This document shows, piece after piece, positions 37,634 through 45,927 of a DNA stretch of 64,000 nucleotides; positions within the stretch are counted from its first letter, which is position 1; every line of letters starts with the position of its first letter. This DNA is from Candidatus Binatia bacterium (lineage in GTDB: Bacteria > Desulfobacterota > Binatia > Bin18). Both the position numbers and the translations under genes were made by a program. The stretch lies in NCBI GenBank assembly GCA_951812575.1, contig OX638322.1, positions 710,850 through 774,849 on the forward strand, written 5' to 3'. Below the pieces are notes generated by a model. It saw nothing but the letters and a program-made list of their open reading frames with translations, was not told the DNA's origin and did not search any database.

Positions 37634-37842
37634 AGCGCCCCTCCTTGGGAATTAGAATTTTTGCTCGCGATCCTCTGAATTTGATCGGAGCCTATCGGAC
37701 CCATACTGCTAAAACTGGCAAGTTACAAGACTTTTGGGGATTTTTCGAGCGGTTTCTCCGGTTTTCCCACTAATTTCTTCCACATCTGCCCCGTTTTTGC
37801 TCTTGACTACGGACAAACGAAACAGCGCGGCAGGCTCATAGC

Positions 37843-40515
37843 TCACTCGGACAATTGCATCCGAATATGGCGCTGATAGATCTTGGGCAGCTCTGACGGG
37901 AGGGACGGAATGTCCTCCAGGACCATATAGCGGGACGGCGGACACATCTCGCGCAGATAATCATGGCCGCCCTTATCAATCGTCAGACAGAACGACATGA
38001 TATGCTCGCGCTCGGCTTCACGCAGGGCCATCATGGTATCGCGCAGGCCGTACATGGGTGCGTTTTCGTCTCGGCCATAGTCGGCATCTTCGGGGAATCC
38101 ATCGCTGAGCAGGACCAGAATTTTCGCGCGGCTGGCCACGTCTTTGAGTTTGCGGGTCGCATGCCGAACGGCGGTGCCCATACGCGTACTGCGCTGGGGC
38201 TCCAAGCCGCTGATGCGGCCTTTGACGTCATCTGACAGCTTCTCGCCAAACGCTTTGACCGGATAGAACTCGATGTTATACCGCCCGGCGCTGGAAAAAC
38301 CGTAGACGGCGTAGGCATCACCGATTTCCTCGAGTGCGGCAGACAACACCACAACCGCCTCTTTGAGGACGTCAATCACCCGGAGACCACTCGTTTCGCT
38401 GCGTCCATTGTCCGTTTCCTGCTGAATCCTGGCATCGGTCGAAGCACTCAGGTCCAGGAGAAAGAGCGCGGCAACATCACGCTCCAGGGGCTGCCTGGCC
38501 GCGTACAGTCGCGTGGACGGCGCCACCCCGGTGTGCAGATCGACCCGAGCCGCCACGGCCGCGTCCAGGTCTATCACTTCTCCATCTTCCAGCCCCTTGA
38601 CCAAACGGAACATCTTGGGTCGCAGTTGCTGGAACTCACGCTTAATATTTGGAATGACCTCGCCATAGCGGGTGAGCGTGCTCTCAAAGAAGCCGCCTCG
38701 GTCGCCGGCCAGGGGGACTTCGTGCAGTTCGCACCAGCGAGCCCGGTAGTCCTCGATCAGAAAATCCCACTCGTCATAGACATAGCGGACACCCACAACG
38801 GAATGCCGCCGGCGCAGTTGCTCCTTTTTGGATTCTTCCTGTCCGGTTTCGTCCTCCTCGGTGTCCAGCGCATCCAGCGGCGTCCCGTGGATGGAGGCGG
38901 GCCGGGTCTGACGAATCTTTTTCTTTTTTTGATGCTGGCGTAGCGTCAAAAGAATCCGCTGCAGGACGGCCTGCTCTCGCTCAGACAGCTCAGGCTCGCG
39001 CGTCCCTTGCATCATCGCGTCCGGCGCTCCGGCCATGCCATCTTCGTCCTTTTGCTCCCGCGATAGCTGCGAGGCGTATTCGGGCAGTGAAGCGTACAGC
39101 TCGGTAGCCATGAGCAGGCAGCCCGCCACCGTGGCGTGGTGCTCCCAGCCGGGTTTTAGCGTGGCGTTCAAATACGGCAGGATCGACTGGATAAGGGGTG
39201 GCAGGATGCGGGTATGCGATACGGCCCAGGCCAGGTCTTTTTGCAGCCCGGGATACGCCGCTGCCAGACAGGCGTTGATCCGTTGGCCCTCGACAAACAG
39301 GAACAGCGCCTCAATCTGTTCGGGCTTGGGAAAGAGCTTGCAATACGCCGCCAGGTCCCGTGGCGGATGCGCATTCGCCACGGCCCGTTCCTGGACAAAC
39401 GACGGCACCTGCGACCAGATGTCGGCAATGGAGAGATCGTAGGTCCCAAACTCGACCCGGCCCGCCTGATGGGCCGCGAACATGCAGTACAGCCGAAAGT
39501 TTTCCTCAAAGGTCAAGAACAGGTCAATGCTGGCCGGCAGGGGCAGAAACTCGTCTTCGTCGTCAACAATCGCCAACGGGGGTGGGAAGGAAACCTCCCC
39601 GACTTCCTGGATACTGACCGCCTCCCCGCATAGCATATGCATGAACTTCACCAACGCACTATGCACCTCGGAGAGCAGCACGGCCGACGACTCATGCCGC
39701 AAGACCTGGAAACTGGTCCGGGACTCCAGGGTGAAAAATGCTTCTGCGGCGTGCGGATTGCGCTGCGCGATCTCCTCTCCGGTTTGAATCCAGGTCAACA
39801 CCCCCTCGGCGCCGACTTCTTCATACGCGCGAGACAACGTCCGAAAGAGGCGGGCAATCCCGGCGGGAAAAATACGGGCGAGTTCGGCGATCCGCTCCAA
39901 TACGGAGAGCTGCTGGTTTGGCGCTAAGCTCTTCAGCGTGGGCTCAAGAAACGGAATCACAGCCGGCAGCGGTTCCGGGTCAAAGGCAGCCACCGGTTGG
40001 AGGCAACGCAGCAACACGTTCCGCAACGACTCCGGAAGATTAACCAGGGTGTGGGGCAGGGCATGGTAAATGCCCGCGGCAGCCTCACGCGAGTGATACA
40101 CGGCTGACCGGCCCAGACGATAGACGCTGATTCGTTCCGAGCGGTCCAAGGCAGTCAGGCCGTCCGGAAAACAGGTAAAATCGGTTGCGCCGCTGACGGC
40201 TTCAATATCCAGCAGAAAACGGACCCATTCGAGCATCTCCAGCCGGGATAATACCGGCAAAAGCTCAGGGGTGGCCGCGAACATGGCCGAGGTGAGCGTT
40301 TCCCCACGCACGCCTAGCGTTTCACTCACGTGCCGGCCCTGCTGGACCCATTCCTGGAGGAGTTCTTCCTGCAACCACGCCTGGACAATGGGCGGCTCGA
40401 GCCGCGTCAGCGCGTTGAGCAAGGTCGAGGAGTGCGTCGGGGAGAGTCCCTCCAACGCAGCCTGAAACTGCTGTTGGCCTTTTTCTTCAAGGATGTTGGG
40501 GTCGAAATGGGCCAT
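37843..40515 (-). CDS. NorD/CbbO-like von Willebrand factor A domain protein
   Basis: Start set at ATG 40515 (MAHFDPNILE). Has the YVYDEWDFLIEDYRARWCELHEV motif of NorD/CbbO proteins and a C-terminal VWA with MIDAS (LFLLDLSASTDA … VLLSDGFPED). Confidence 0.7.
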   Translation of the reverse strand: MAHFDPNILEEKGQQQFQAALEGLSPTHSSTLLNALTRLEPPIVQAWLQEELLQEWVQQGRHVSETLGVRGETLTSAMFAATPELLPVLSRLEMLEWVRFLLDIEAVSGATDFTCFPDGLTALDRSERISVYRLGRSAVYHSREAAAGIYHALPHTLVNLPESLRNVLLRCLQPVAAFDPEPLPAVIPFLEPTLKSLAPNQQLSVLERIAELARIFPAGIARLFRTLSRAYEEVGAEGVLTWIQTGEEIAQRNPHAAEAFFTLESRTSFQVLRHESSAVLLSEVHSALVKFMHMLCGEAVSIQEVGEVSFPPPLAIVDDEDEFLPLPASIDLFLTFEENFRLYCMFAAHQAGRVEFGTYDLSIADIWSQVPSFVQERAVANAHPPRDLAAYCKLFPKPEQIEALFLFVEGQRINACLAAAYPGLQKDLAWAVSHTRILPPLIQSILPYLNATLKPGWEHHATVAGCLLMATELYASLPEYASQLSREQKDEDGMAGAPDAMMQGTREPELSEREQAVLQRILLTLRQHQKKKKIRQTRPASIHGTPLDALDTEEDETGQEESKKEQLRRRHSVVGVRYVYDEWDFLIEDYRARWCELHEVPLAGDRGGFFESTLTRYGEVIPNIKREFQQLRPKMFRLVKGLEDGEVIDLDAAVAARVDLHTGVAPSTRLYAARQPLERDVAALFLLDLSASTDARIQQETDNGRSETSGLRVIDVLKEAVVVLSAALEEIGDAYAVYGFSSAGRYNIEFYPVKAFGEKLSDDVKGRISGLEPQRSTRMGTAVRHATRKLKDVASRAKILVLLSDGFPEDADYGRDENAPMYGLRDTMMALREAEREHIMSFCLTIDKGGHDYLREMCPPSRYMVLEDIPSLPSELPKIYQRHIRMQLSE

Positions 40516-40622
40516 AGTCCTGCCTGTTCTCTCACGACTCCGCGGTAGGGGCGCAGCGTCAAACCTTTCTCTGCTGTATCGGAGGGCGACGGCCAGAGCA
40601 AGCCGGCGGCAGGAACGTAGCC

Positions 40623-41693
40623 CTACCAACGGGCAAGAACCTGTTCCCCGAATGTTGTTACAAACTCTTCAAAGGCATCAAAGGTCGGAATAAAAGTAAC
40701 TTGGCGGACGCCTGCCCGCTCCAGACTGCGGAGCCGTTCCAGCAAGGCGGCGGGCTGAGCCGTCAGCGTGGTCGTCTGAATGACTTCCGGTGTCACAAAT
40801 TGAGCTTCTTCCTCACGGACGTATAAACAGTGGCCGTCGTGCAAGTCAAAATAGTATGCATCCTTGTCCCGGAGACGTTGCTCCATAAAGGTTTTGTATC
40901 GGGCAAAAATTGAGCGGAGAGGTGCCGGGGCGGCCTCGGGCTCCTTGAGCGTTTCATACAGTGAGTGCAGGGCGACAGTTGCCCACGGGCCGGCCTGGGC
41001 TCTAACCCGCTCAGAATCCAGTCCTTCGTTCGGGCCCAGCAGACAGGCCGTGGTAAAGAGCACGCGGTCTACACCGTCCGCGTTTTTTCCAGCCTGCTCA
41101 ATGCCGGTCTTGACTTGGCGCCAGGCAGCCGCAAATCCTTCGGCCGTATTGGTCCGTGAGGTCAGCCAGCCGTCGCCCAACTCGCCGGCCAGCCGCATGG
41201 CCCGTGGGGCGTTGGCCGCCACATAAATGGGAATCGGCTCGCGGGTGTTAATAAACGCGTAATCCTGATGAAAAAATTTGATCCGGCGCGTCTCCGCTCC
41301 CTCCTGATACGTCACCTCCCGGTTGCTCAGCAGGCCACGCAGGGTCGCTATATACTCACGCAACTCACGCAGAGAGCAGGGCGGCAGCCCCATCGCCCGC
41401 CGCGCGCTATTGCCGGTCCCCAGCCCGAGGATGACCCGTCCGGGGGCAAGCTGATTGAGCGTGGCAATGGCGTGGGCCGCCACGGGCGCGCTGCGCGTTC
41501 CGACCACTGCCACCCCGGTTCCGAGGGTGATGCGGCTGGTGTGCTGTGCCATCAGACCCAAACACAGATACACATCACCAGCCATCATGGGCGAGTCTTC
41601 AACCCATACATGGCTGAAGCCTTTCGCTTCAGCCAGCTTGGCGTGATCAACACAACGGTCCGGTTTGGGAAATACGAGTACGCCGAAATCCAT
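40623..41693 (-). CDS. LLM-class (F420/flavin-dependent) oxidoreductase
   Basis: MDFGVLVFP…AEAKGFSHVWVEDSP…ITLGTGVAVVGTRSAPV…VILGLGTGNSA. Confidence 0.75.
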   Translation of the reverse strand: MDFGVLVFPKPDRCVDHAKLAEAKGFSHVWVEDSPMMAGDVYLCLGLMAQHTSRITLGTGVAVVGTRSAPVAAHAIATLNQLAPGRVILGLGTGNSARRAMGLPPCSLRELREYIATLRGLLSNREVTYQEGAETRRIKFFHQDYAFINTREPIPIYVAANAPRAMRLAGELGDGWLTSRTNTAEGFAAAWRQVKTGIEQAGKNADGVDRVLFTTACLLGPNEGLDSERVRAQAGPWATVALHSLYETLKEPEAAPAPLRSIFARYKTFMEQRLRDKDAYYFDLHDGHCLYVREEEAQFVTPEVIQTTTLTAQPAALLERLRSLERAGVRQVTFIPTFDAFEEFVTTFGEQVLARW

Positions 41694-41853
41694 ACCTGCC
41701 TCCTCATTCTCCGGCCAGGAGAGCCTACTCGGCCGGCTCGCGGTGTGTCAATGAGAAGCGCGCACAGGGCCGTTTTCTCGGTTTCTTTCCTGCAGAAGCT
41801 GTGGTAGACCAAAAAAAATAGCGAGACCAAAGAGACTAAAGGAGGGTTCGGTC

Positions 41854-42390
41854 ATGACAAAGAAAGGCTTTTCTCATATTGGGCTATCGACGCTCGACCT
41901 GGATAAGACGCGCGAGTTTTACGAAGACATCCTGGGCTTCAAACCGGTTCGCTGTGACACCATCAAGATCAAAGAAGGCGGCCGCATTCGACATATCTTT
42001 TTTGATACGGGTCGTGACCAGTTGCTCGCTTTTATGGAAGCCAAGGATATTCCCGATGTTCCGGTCGAGTACGACGCCGGCATCAACCGGGGGCTCGGCG
42101 TCCCGAGTGCGTTCTACCACTTCGCTTTTGAGGCTGGGACAGAAGCGGCGCTCGAAGAAAAAAAACAAGAGCTGCGGGACAAAGGCGTGGAGGTCTCGGA
42201 AGTCGTGGATCACGACTGGGCCAAGTCGATTTACTTTAAGGACCCCAACGGCATGCAGATGGAATACTGCTGCTTCACCCGGGACTTTCACGACGAGGAC
42301 TCGGTGATGACCGAGCGTTTTGAGGCACCCATTGCCGCGCTTGGTTTGGAAGAGACGCCGGATATCGTTTCCACTAATCCGCCGAGCTAG
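41854..42390 (+). CDS. VOC (glyoxalase/bleomycin-resistance/dioxygenase) family protein
   Basis: FSHIGLSTLDLDKTREFYEDILGF…HFAFEA…SIYFKDPNGMQMEY. Confidence 0.75.
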   Translation: MTKKGFSHIGLSTLDLDKTREFYEDILGFKPVRCDTIKIKEGGRIRHIFFDTGRDQLLAFMEAKDIPDVPVEYDAGINRGLGVPSAFYHFAFEAGTEAALEEKKQELRDKGVEVSEVVDHDWAKSIYFKDPNGMQMEYCCFTRDFHDEDSVMTERFEAPIAALGLEETPDIVSTNPPS

Positions 42391-42455
42391 GCTCTCGAAC
42401 CATTCCTTCCAGCGGGGTAACCTCGTGGTTGCCCCGAGCGTCTAGCGCAATGCAC

Positions 42456-42580
42456 GATGCTGTGTAGTCGCCCGTCCTTCCCGTCGTCTGTCCTTCCAGC
42501 GAAAGAATGTCACCCTGTACTTGGTACGGAGTGAGAATCTAGCCGCCCCGCCCTACCGGACGTGATCCGGCATGACAAGG
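42456..42580. repeat. REP-like composite element, copy 1
   Basis: Shares with 42976-43105, in order: gatgctgtgtagtc, cccgtcgtc…tcct.cc, a G/C-rich gc.ccccgccc block, and the hairpin ccgga-cgtga-tccgg + catgac (loop inverted in copy 2). Confidence 0.55.
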
Positions 42581-42651
42581 GCGGAGAGGTCCGATTCGTT
42601 GAGCGAAGACGGCAATTTCCATATACTCTGAAGCTGGAACGGCACTGAAGA

Positions 42652-42966
42652 ATGCTCGATAGACAGACATTGGACGACATTATCCGGCGGGTTGTGGAGA
42701 CGGCCCAGCCTGAGAAGATCATTCTCTTCGGGTCTGCGGCGCGGGACGACATGGGTCCCAACAGTGACGTGGACCTGCTCATCATCAAGGAGGGGGCGGA
42801 TGCGCCCAATCTCATGGCCCGGATATACCGGAAGCTGTACGGAGTCGGTGCGGCGGTTGATGCCATCGTCGTCTCCTCCGAGGATGTAGAGCGATTCAAG
42901 GATAGCCACGCGCTAATCATCAAGCCCACCCTGCGGGAAGGCAGAGTGGTATATGAAGCCGCCTGA
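42652..42966 (+). CDS. Minimal nucleotidyltransferase (MNT) antitoxin of a HEPN/MNT module
   Basis: ILFGSAARDDMGPNSDVDLLII (GSxxRxxxxxxSDxD) motif, 104 aa. Confidence 0.8.
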   Translation: MLDRQTLDDIIRRVVETAQPEKIILFGSAARDDMGPNSDVDLLIIKEGADAPNLMARIYRKLYGVGAAVDAIVVSSEDVERFKDSHALIIKPTLREGRVVYEAA

Positions 42967-42975
42967 GCGCTTCCA

Positions 42976-43105
42976 GATGCTGTGTAGTCACATTGAGAGA
43001 AGAGTCTCGAAGCGGGGCTGCCCCCGTCGTCATTCCTGCCTTCGCAGGAATCCAGGCTCCCCGCCCCCTCCGCCTGCTGGATGCCGGATCACGTCCGGCA
43101 TGACG
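42976..43105. repeat. REP-like composite element, copy 2
   Basis: See copy 1. It also contains the perfect hairpin ATTCCTGC-cttc-GCAGGAAT at 43032-43051. Confidence 0.55.
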
Positions 43106-43133
43106 GGAGCCTCCTGAACGGCTAGAGCCGTTT

Positions 43134-43706
43134 TCATGCTGCTGTAGCGAGGCGATAACCGGCGTGGCGGAAATAATTGGCACACTCCGTAGGGGAGACG
43201 GCAGCCAGGGCCGGGCTCACCGCCGCCCACAAGCTCGCCACCGTCCGCGGGGCGACCGCGCGCAGGCGGGCTTTGAGTTTCGCAAAGACCTGCTCGATGG
43301 GATTGAAGTCCGGGCTGTACGGGGGCAGATAGAGCAGTTGTGCGCCGACGGCTTCAACCGCTTGGCGGACCCCGGCCACTTTATGACAGGCCAGATTGTC
43401 TAGGACGACGCAGTCGCCCGGCTGGAGGGTGGGGGCGAGGACTTGTTCAACATACGCCACAAAGGCGGGGCCATCGACCGGACCGTCGAGGACAGCGGGG
43501 GCGGTGAGCTGGTGGGCGCGGAGCGCGGCAATGAGCGTCGTCGTTTGCCAATGGCCGTGGGGGACTTTCGCCACGAGGCGCGTCCCGCGCCGACTCCGGC
43601 CATAGCGACGGGTCATCTTTGTCTGCAGAGCGGTCTCGTCTAGGAAGACGAGCCGCTGTCCGTCCCACTGCGGGGCCTGCCTCCGCCAGTGCTGCCGGGC
43701 CACCAT
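43134..43706 (-). CDS. IS630 transposase, DDE catalytic part (downstream frame)
   Basis: VFLDETALQTKMTRRYGRS, VVLDNLACHK, LLYLPPYSPDFNPIEQVFAKLK. The frame is +1 relative to the upstream HTH ORF. Confidence 0.8.
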   Translation of the reverse strand: MVARQHWRRQAPQWDGQRLVFLDETALQTKMTRRYGRSRRGTRLVAKVPHGHWQTTTLIAALRAHQLTAPAVLDGPVDGPAFVAYVEQVLAPTLQPGDCVVLDNLACHKVAGVRQAVEAVGAQLLYLPPYSPDFNPIEQVFAKLKARLRAVAPRTVASLWAAVSPALAAVSPTECANYFRHAGYRLATAA

Positions 43707-43710
43707 GACA

Positions 43711-44073
43711 TCAGGCCGATCTTGTTCGGCGGCGTGCAGGACTTTTTTTTACGGTCAGGCCAAGACGCCGGACGGCCCGCCAGACCGTGGTGAGCCCAAC
43801 GGACACGCCCAAGGCCGTGCGCAATTCGGCCAGCGTCGCGTCGGGCTGCGCCGCGATGAGGGCTTCGAGTTGCTGGCGATACGGCGCTAGGAGCGGAGCC
43901 TGATACTGGGTCCGGTGCCTAGGGGCCACCTGGCCGCTCGCCCGGTAGCGCTGCATCAGCCGCCGTACCCAAGCCGGACTCACCCGATACTTGTGGGCCA
44001 CCTCGGCGGTCGGGAGGCCCGCCTCCCGATCCGCCACTACCCGCTCCCGCAGGTCCAATGAATACGCTTGCAT
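43711..44073 (-). CDS. IS630 transposase, N-terminal HTH part (upstream frame)
   Basis: From ATG 44073: MQAYSLDLRERVVADREAGLPTAEVAHKYRVSPAWVRRLMQRY… The ORF ends just after an A8 tract (T8 on plus, 43743-43750). Confidence 0.75.
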   Translation of the reverse strand: MQAYSLDLRERVVADREAGLPTAEVAHKYRVSPAWVRRLMQRYRASGQVAPRHRTQYQAPLLAPYRQQLEALIAAQPDATLAELRTALGVSVGLTTVWRAVRRLGLTVKKSPARRRTRSA

Positions 44074-44343
44074 ATGGCCTCCTGGCGACTGCCACCCTAA
44101 CACTCTTGCTTCCCGACCGCTACACTACGGTGGAAACTGCTCTAGAATTTATCGTGAATTACTCTAGCGGAGAGAATGGACAAGCTCCCTACCACCCGCT
44201 GGAAGTAAAGTGGAGGAGCGGGTAAAAGCGCTGATTGCCGAAGAGATGTCGCTTCAAGACCCACGTAAGGCGCAGAGATAGGCGCGGGTTAGCCAAGGAA
44301 CTCGGCACCACCACAAGGAAGCTCCTTGATTCTTCACTGTGTG

Positions 44344-45915
44344 ATGGTCAGAATACAGGTGCATACACAAAACAGGCGGCAAACGACAGGGCTCGGCCTT
44401 TCGGCGGACGATGCGTTCATTGGCTTGGTTGACTATGGTCTATTCGGTGACAAGCTTCCGCCCTGCCTTACCTCCGAAGGACTTTCAGACCATGTATCCG
44501 AAGAGCTCTTGCCGCTAACAACAGAAAGCAATGAAAGGAAGTTGAAGAAAATTCTTAAAGGAAGAAACCATGACTTCATTCGCTACGAAGCGCTACGCGA
44601 TGTCAATATTCCTCGTCAGATGGGGGTTCCCCATCCTGACAGCTATATTGTCCAGTGCCTAGCTCTGAAGCGACATTGGGAGAAAATAAAAAAGCACTGC
44701 GCGAAACCGAAAATACCCGTGAGCCTCATCTTTGCTCGAAAAATCTCCGACAAGCGTATTTTCCAGATGAATTACAAGGGAATCGAACGTTTTGAGAACG
44801 AAGAGGCGGATATCCGCACAATGACGGGTGCTCACTATATCGTCCGTACCGATATTTCGAAATGCTTTCCGAGCATCTATACCCACTCAATCCCTTGGGC
44901 GCTGCATGGGCGTAGCAAGGCAAAAAAGAACCACTGCCTCTCGTTGCCGGGAAATCTTTTGGATAAAGCCACTCAGAATACCCGAGATGGACAGACAAAC
45001 GGGCTCCTGATCGGACCGCACACATCTAATGTTATTTCCGAGATAATACTGACCCAAATTGACCATGAGATACTCAAGAAGGGATACGATAGATTTAGCC
45101 GCAATATTGACGACTACACCTTTTACGCGAGAACCCGCGCCGAAGCTGATAACTTCATTCGTGACCTTGTGATGCAGTTGCGTGAGTACGAGCTTGCACT
45201 AAACGAACGCAAGACTGACATTCGGCCTATGCCTGTGCCAGTGGAAGAGGATTGGGTTCGAGAGTTGAACAGCTTCCGATTCCCGAACAGAGAAAAAATC
45301 AGCTTTGCTCCGGTCCAATCGTTCCTGGACTTGGCATTGAAGCTGGCGCACGGAGCAGAGACTTCTGCTGTTTTGAACTACGCTATCAAGATGGTGCCAA
45401 AGAATCTCAATAGTCGAGCCAAGCGTCTCTTTGTTCAGCATGTTGTCAACTTGGCGGTGCGATATCCGTATCTTGCTCCTCTCCTGGACGAGCATGTGTT
45501 CGCCAAACATAGCCATGATGGAATTGAGAAAGTTAAGCGTGAGTTCATTGACGAACTCCTCGCGATTGGGATTCAAAAGGTCTACCCGGATGCCATCGCC
45601 CACGCACTGTATTACGCGCTCAAATATGACCTCCAGTTCAACACGACGGAGGACAAACTCCAAGAGATAGTCACAATCGATGACTGCGTTTCGATGGTGC
45701 TGCTTCGAGAGTACGCAAAACGACACAAAATCAAAAGTATTCGTGGTGCAATCCGAGAACGGGCAAACAAGCTGAAAGGTATGGACTCCCAAGAACAGGA
45801 GCGCTTTTGGCTTTTGATCTATCAAGTGTGGAGAGAAAAAACGCTCAGAGATGAAGGCCAGACATTTCTGGCTGACCTGAAACGAGAGCGTTTCAACTTC
45901 GTCCACTTCCCATGA
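44344..45915 (+). CDS. Abi/UG-class (defence-associated) reverse transcriptase with helical C-terminal domain
   Basis: RT motifs in order: NIPRQMGVPHPDSY, VRTDISKCFPSIYTHSIPWAL, GLLIGPHTSNVISEI, SRNIDDYTFYA, LALNERKT. About 230 aa of helical tail follow. ATG 44344 (TTG 44326 also possible). Lower GC than flanks. Confidence 0.8.
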   Translation: MVRIQVHTQNRRQTTGLGLSADDAFIGLVDYGLFGDKLPPCLTSEGLSDHVSEELLPLTTESNERKLKKILKGRNHDFIRYEALRDVNIPRQMGVPHPDSYIVQCLALKRHWEKIKKHCAKPKIPVSLIFARKISDKRIFQMNYKGIERFENEEADIRTMTGAHYIVRTDISKCFPSIYTHSIPWALHGRSKAKKNHCLSLPGNLLDKATQNTRDGQTNGLLIGPHTSNVISEIILTQIDHEILKKGYDRFSRNIDDYTFYARTRAEADNFIRDLVMQLREYELALNERKTDIRPMPVPVEEDWVRELNSFRFPNREKISFAPVQSFLDLALKLAHGAETSAVLNYAIKMVPKNLNSRAKRLFVQHVVNLAVRYPYLAPLLDEHVFAKHSHDGIEKVKREFIDELLAIGIQKVYPDAIAHALYYALKYDLQFNTTEDKLQEIVTIDDCVSMVLLREYAKRHKIKSIRGAIRERANKLKGMDSQEQERFWLLIYQVWREKTLRDEGQTFLADLKRERFNFVHFP

Positions 45916-45927
45916 ACCGGTCGAAAG

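Larger units (their letters stand above)
33926..37672. repeat. Direct duplication of a ~1.81-kb D-aminoacylase unit (33926-35737 and 35859-37672)
   Basis: The coding regions, the downstream hairpin (agaagggcgccg[a/g]taacagcgcccttct) and about 40 nt of 5' leader (gcgagcaaaaat…aaggaggggcgct ATG) are shared. A 121-bp spacer separates the units. Confidence 0.85.
43122..44145 (-). mobile_element. IS630-family insertion sequence (~1.02 kb)
   Basis: Terminal inverted repeats are CTAGAGCCGTTTTCATGCTGCTGTAGCG (left) and rc-right CTAGAGCAGTTTCCACCGTAGTGTAGCG. Both ends sit on TA. It encodes HTH and DDE ORFs. Confidence 0.8.

Noticed and set aside
42920-43230. Short ORFs 42920..43183 and 43030..43230 across the REP-like element and IS end
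   Set aside because: They translate the repeat and the IS terminal sequence (Pro/Gly/Arg-rich). This is the spurious-ORF pattern typical of REP-type repeats.
44344-45915. Group II intron or retron interpretation of the RT
   Set aside because: There is no maturase (X) or HNH/En domain and no intron domain V/VI-like structures flanking. I found no a1/a2 inverted repeats of msr/msd. The C-terminal helical domain fits Abi/UG RTs better.
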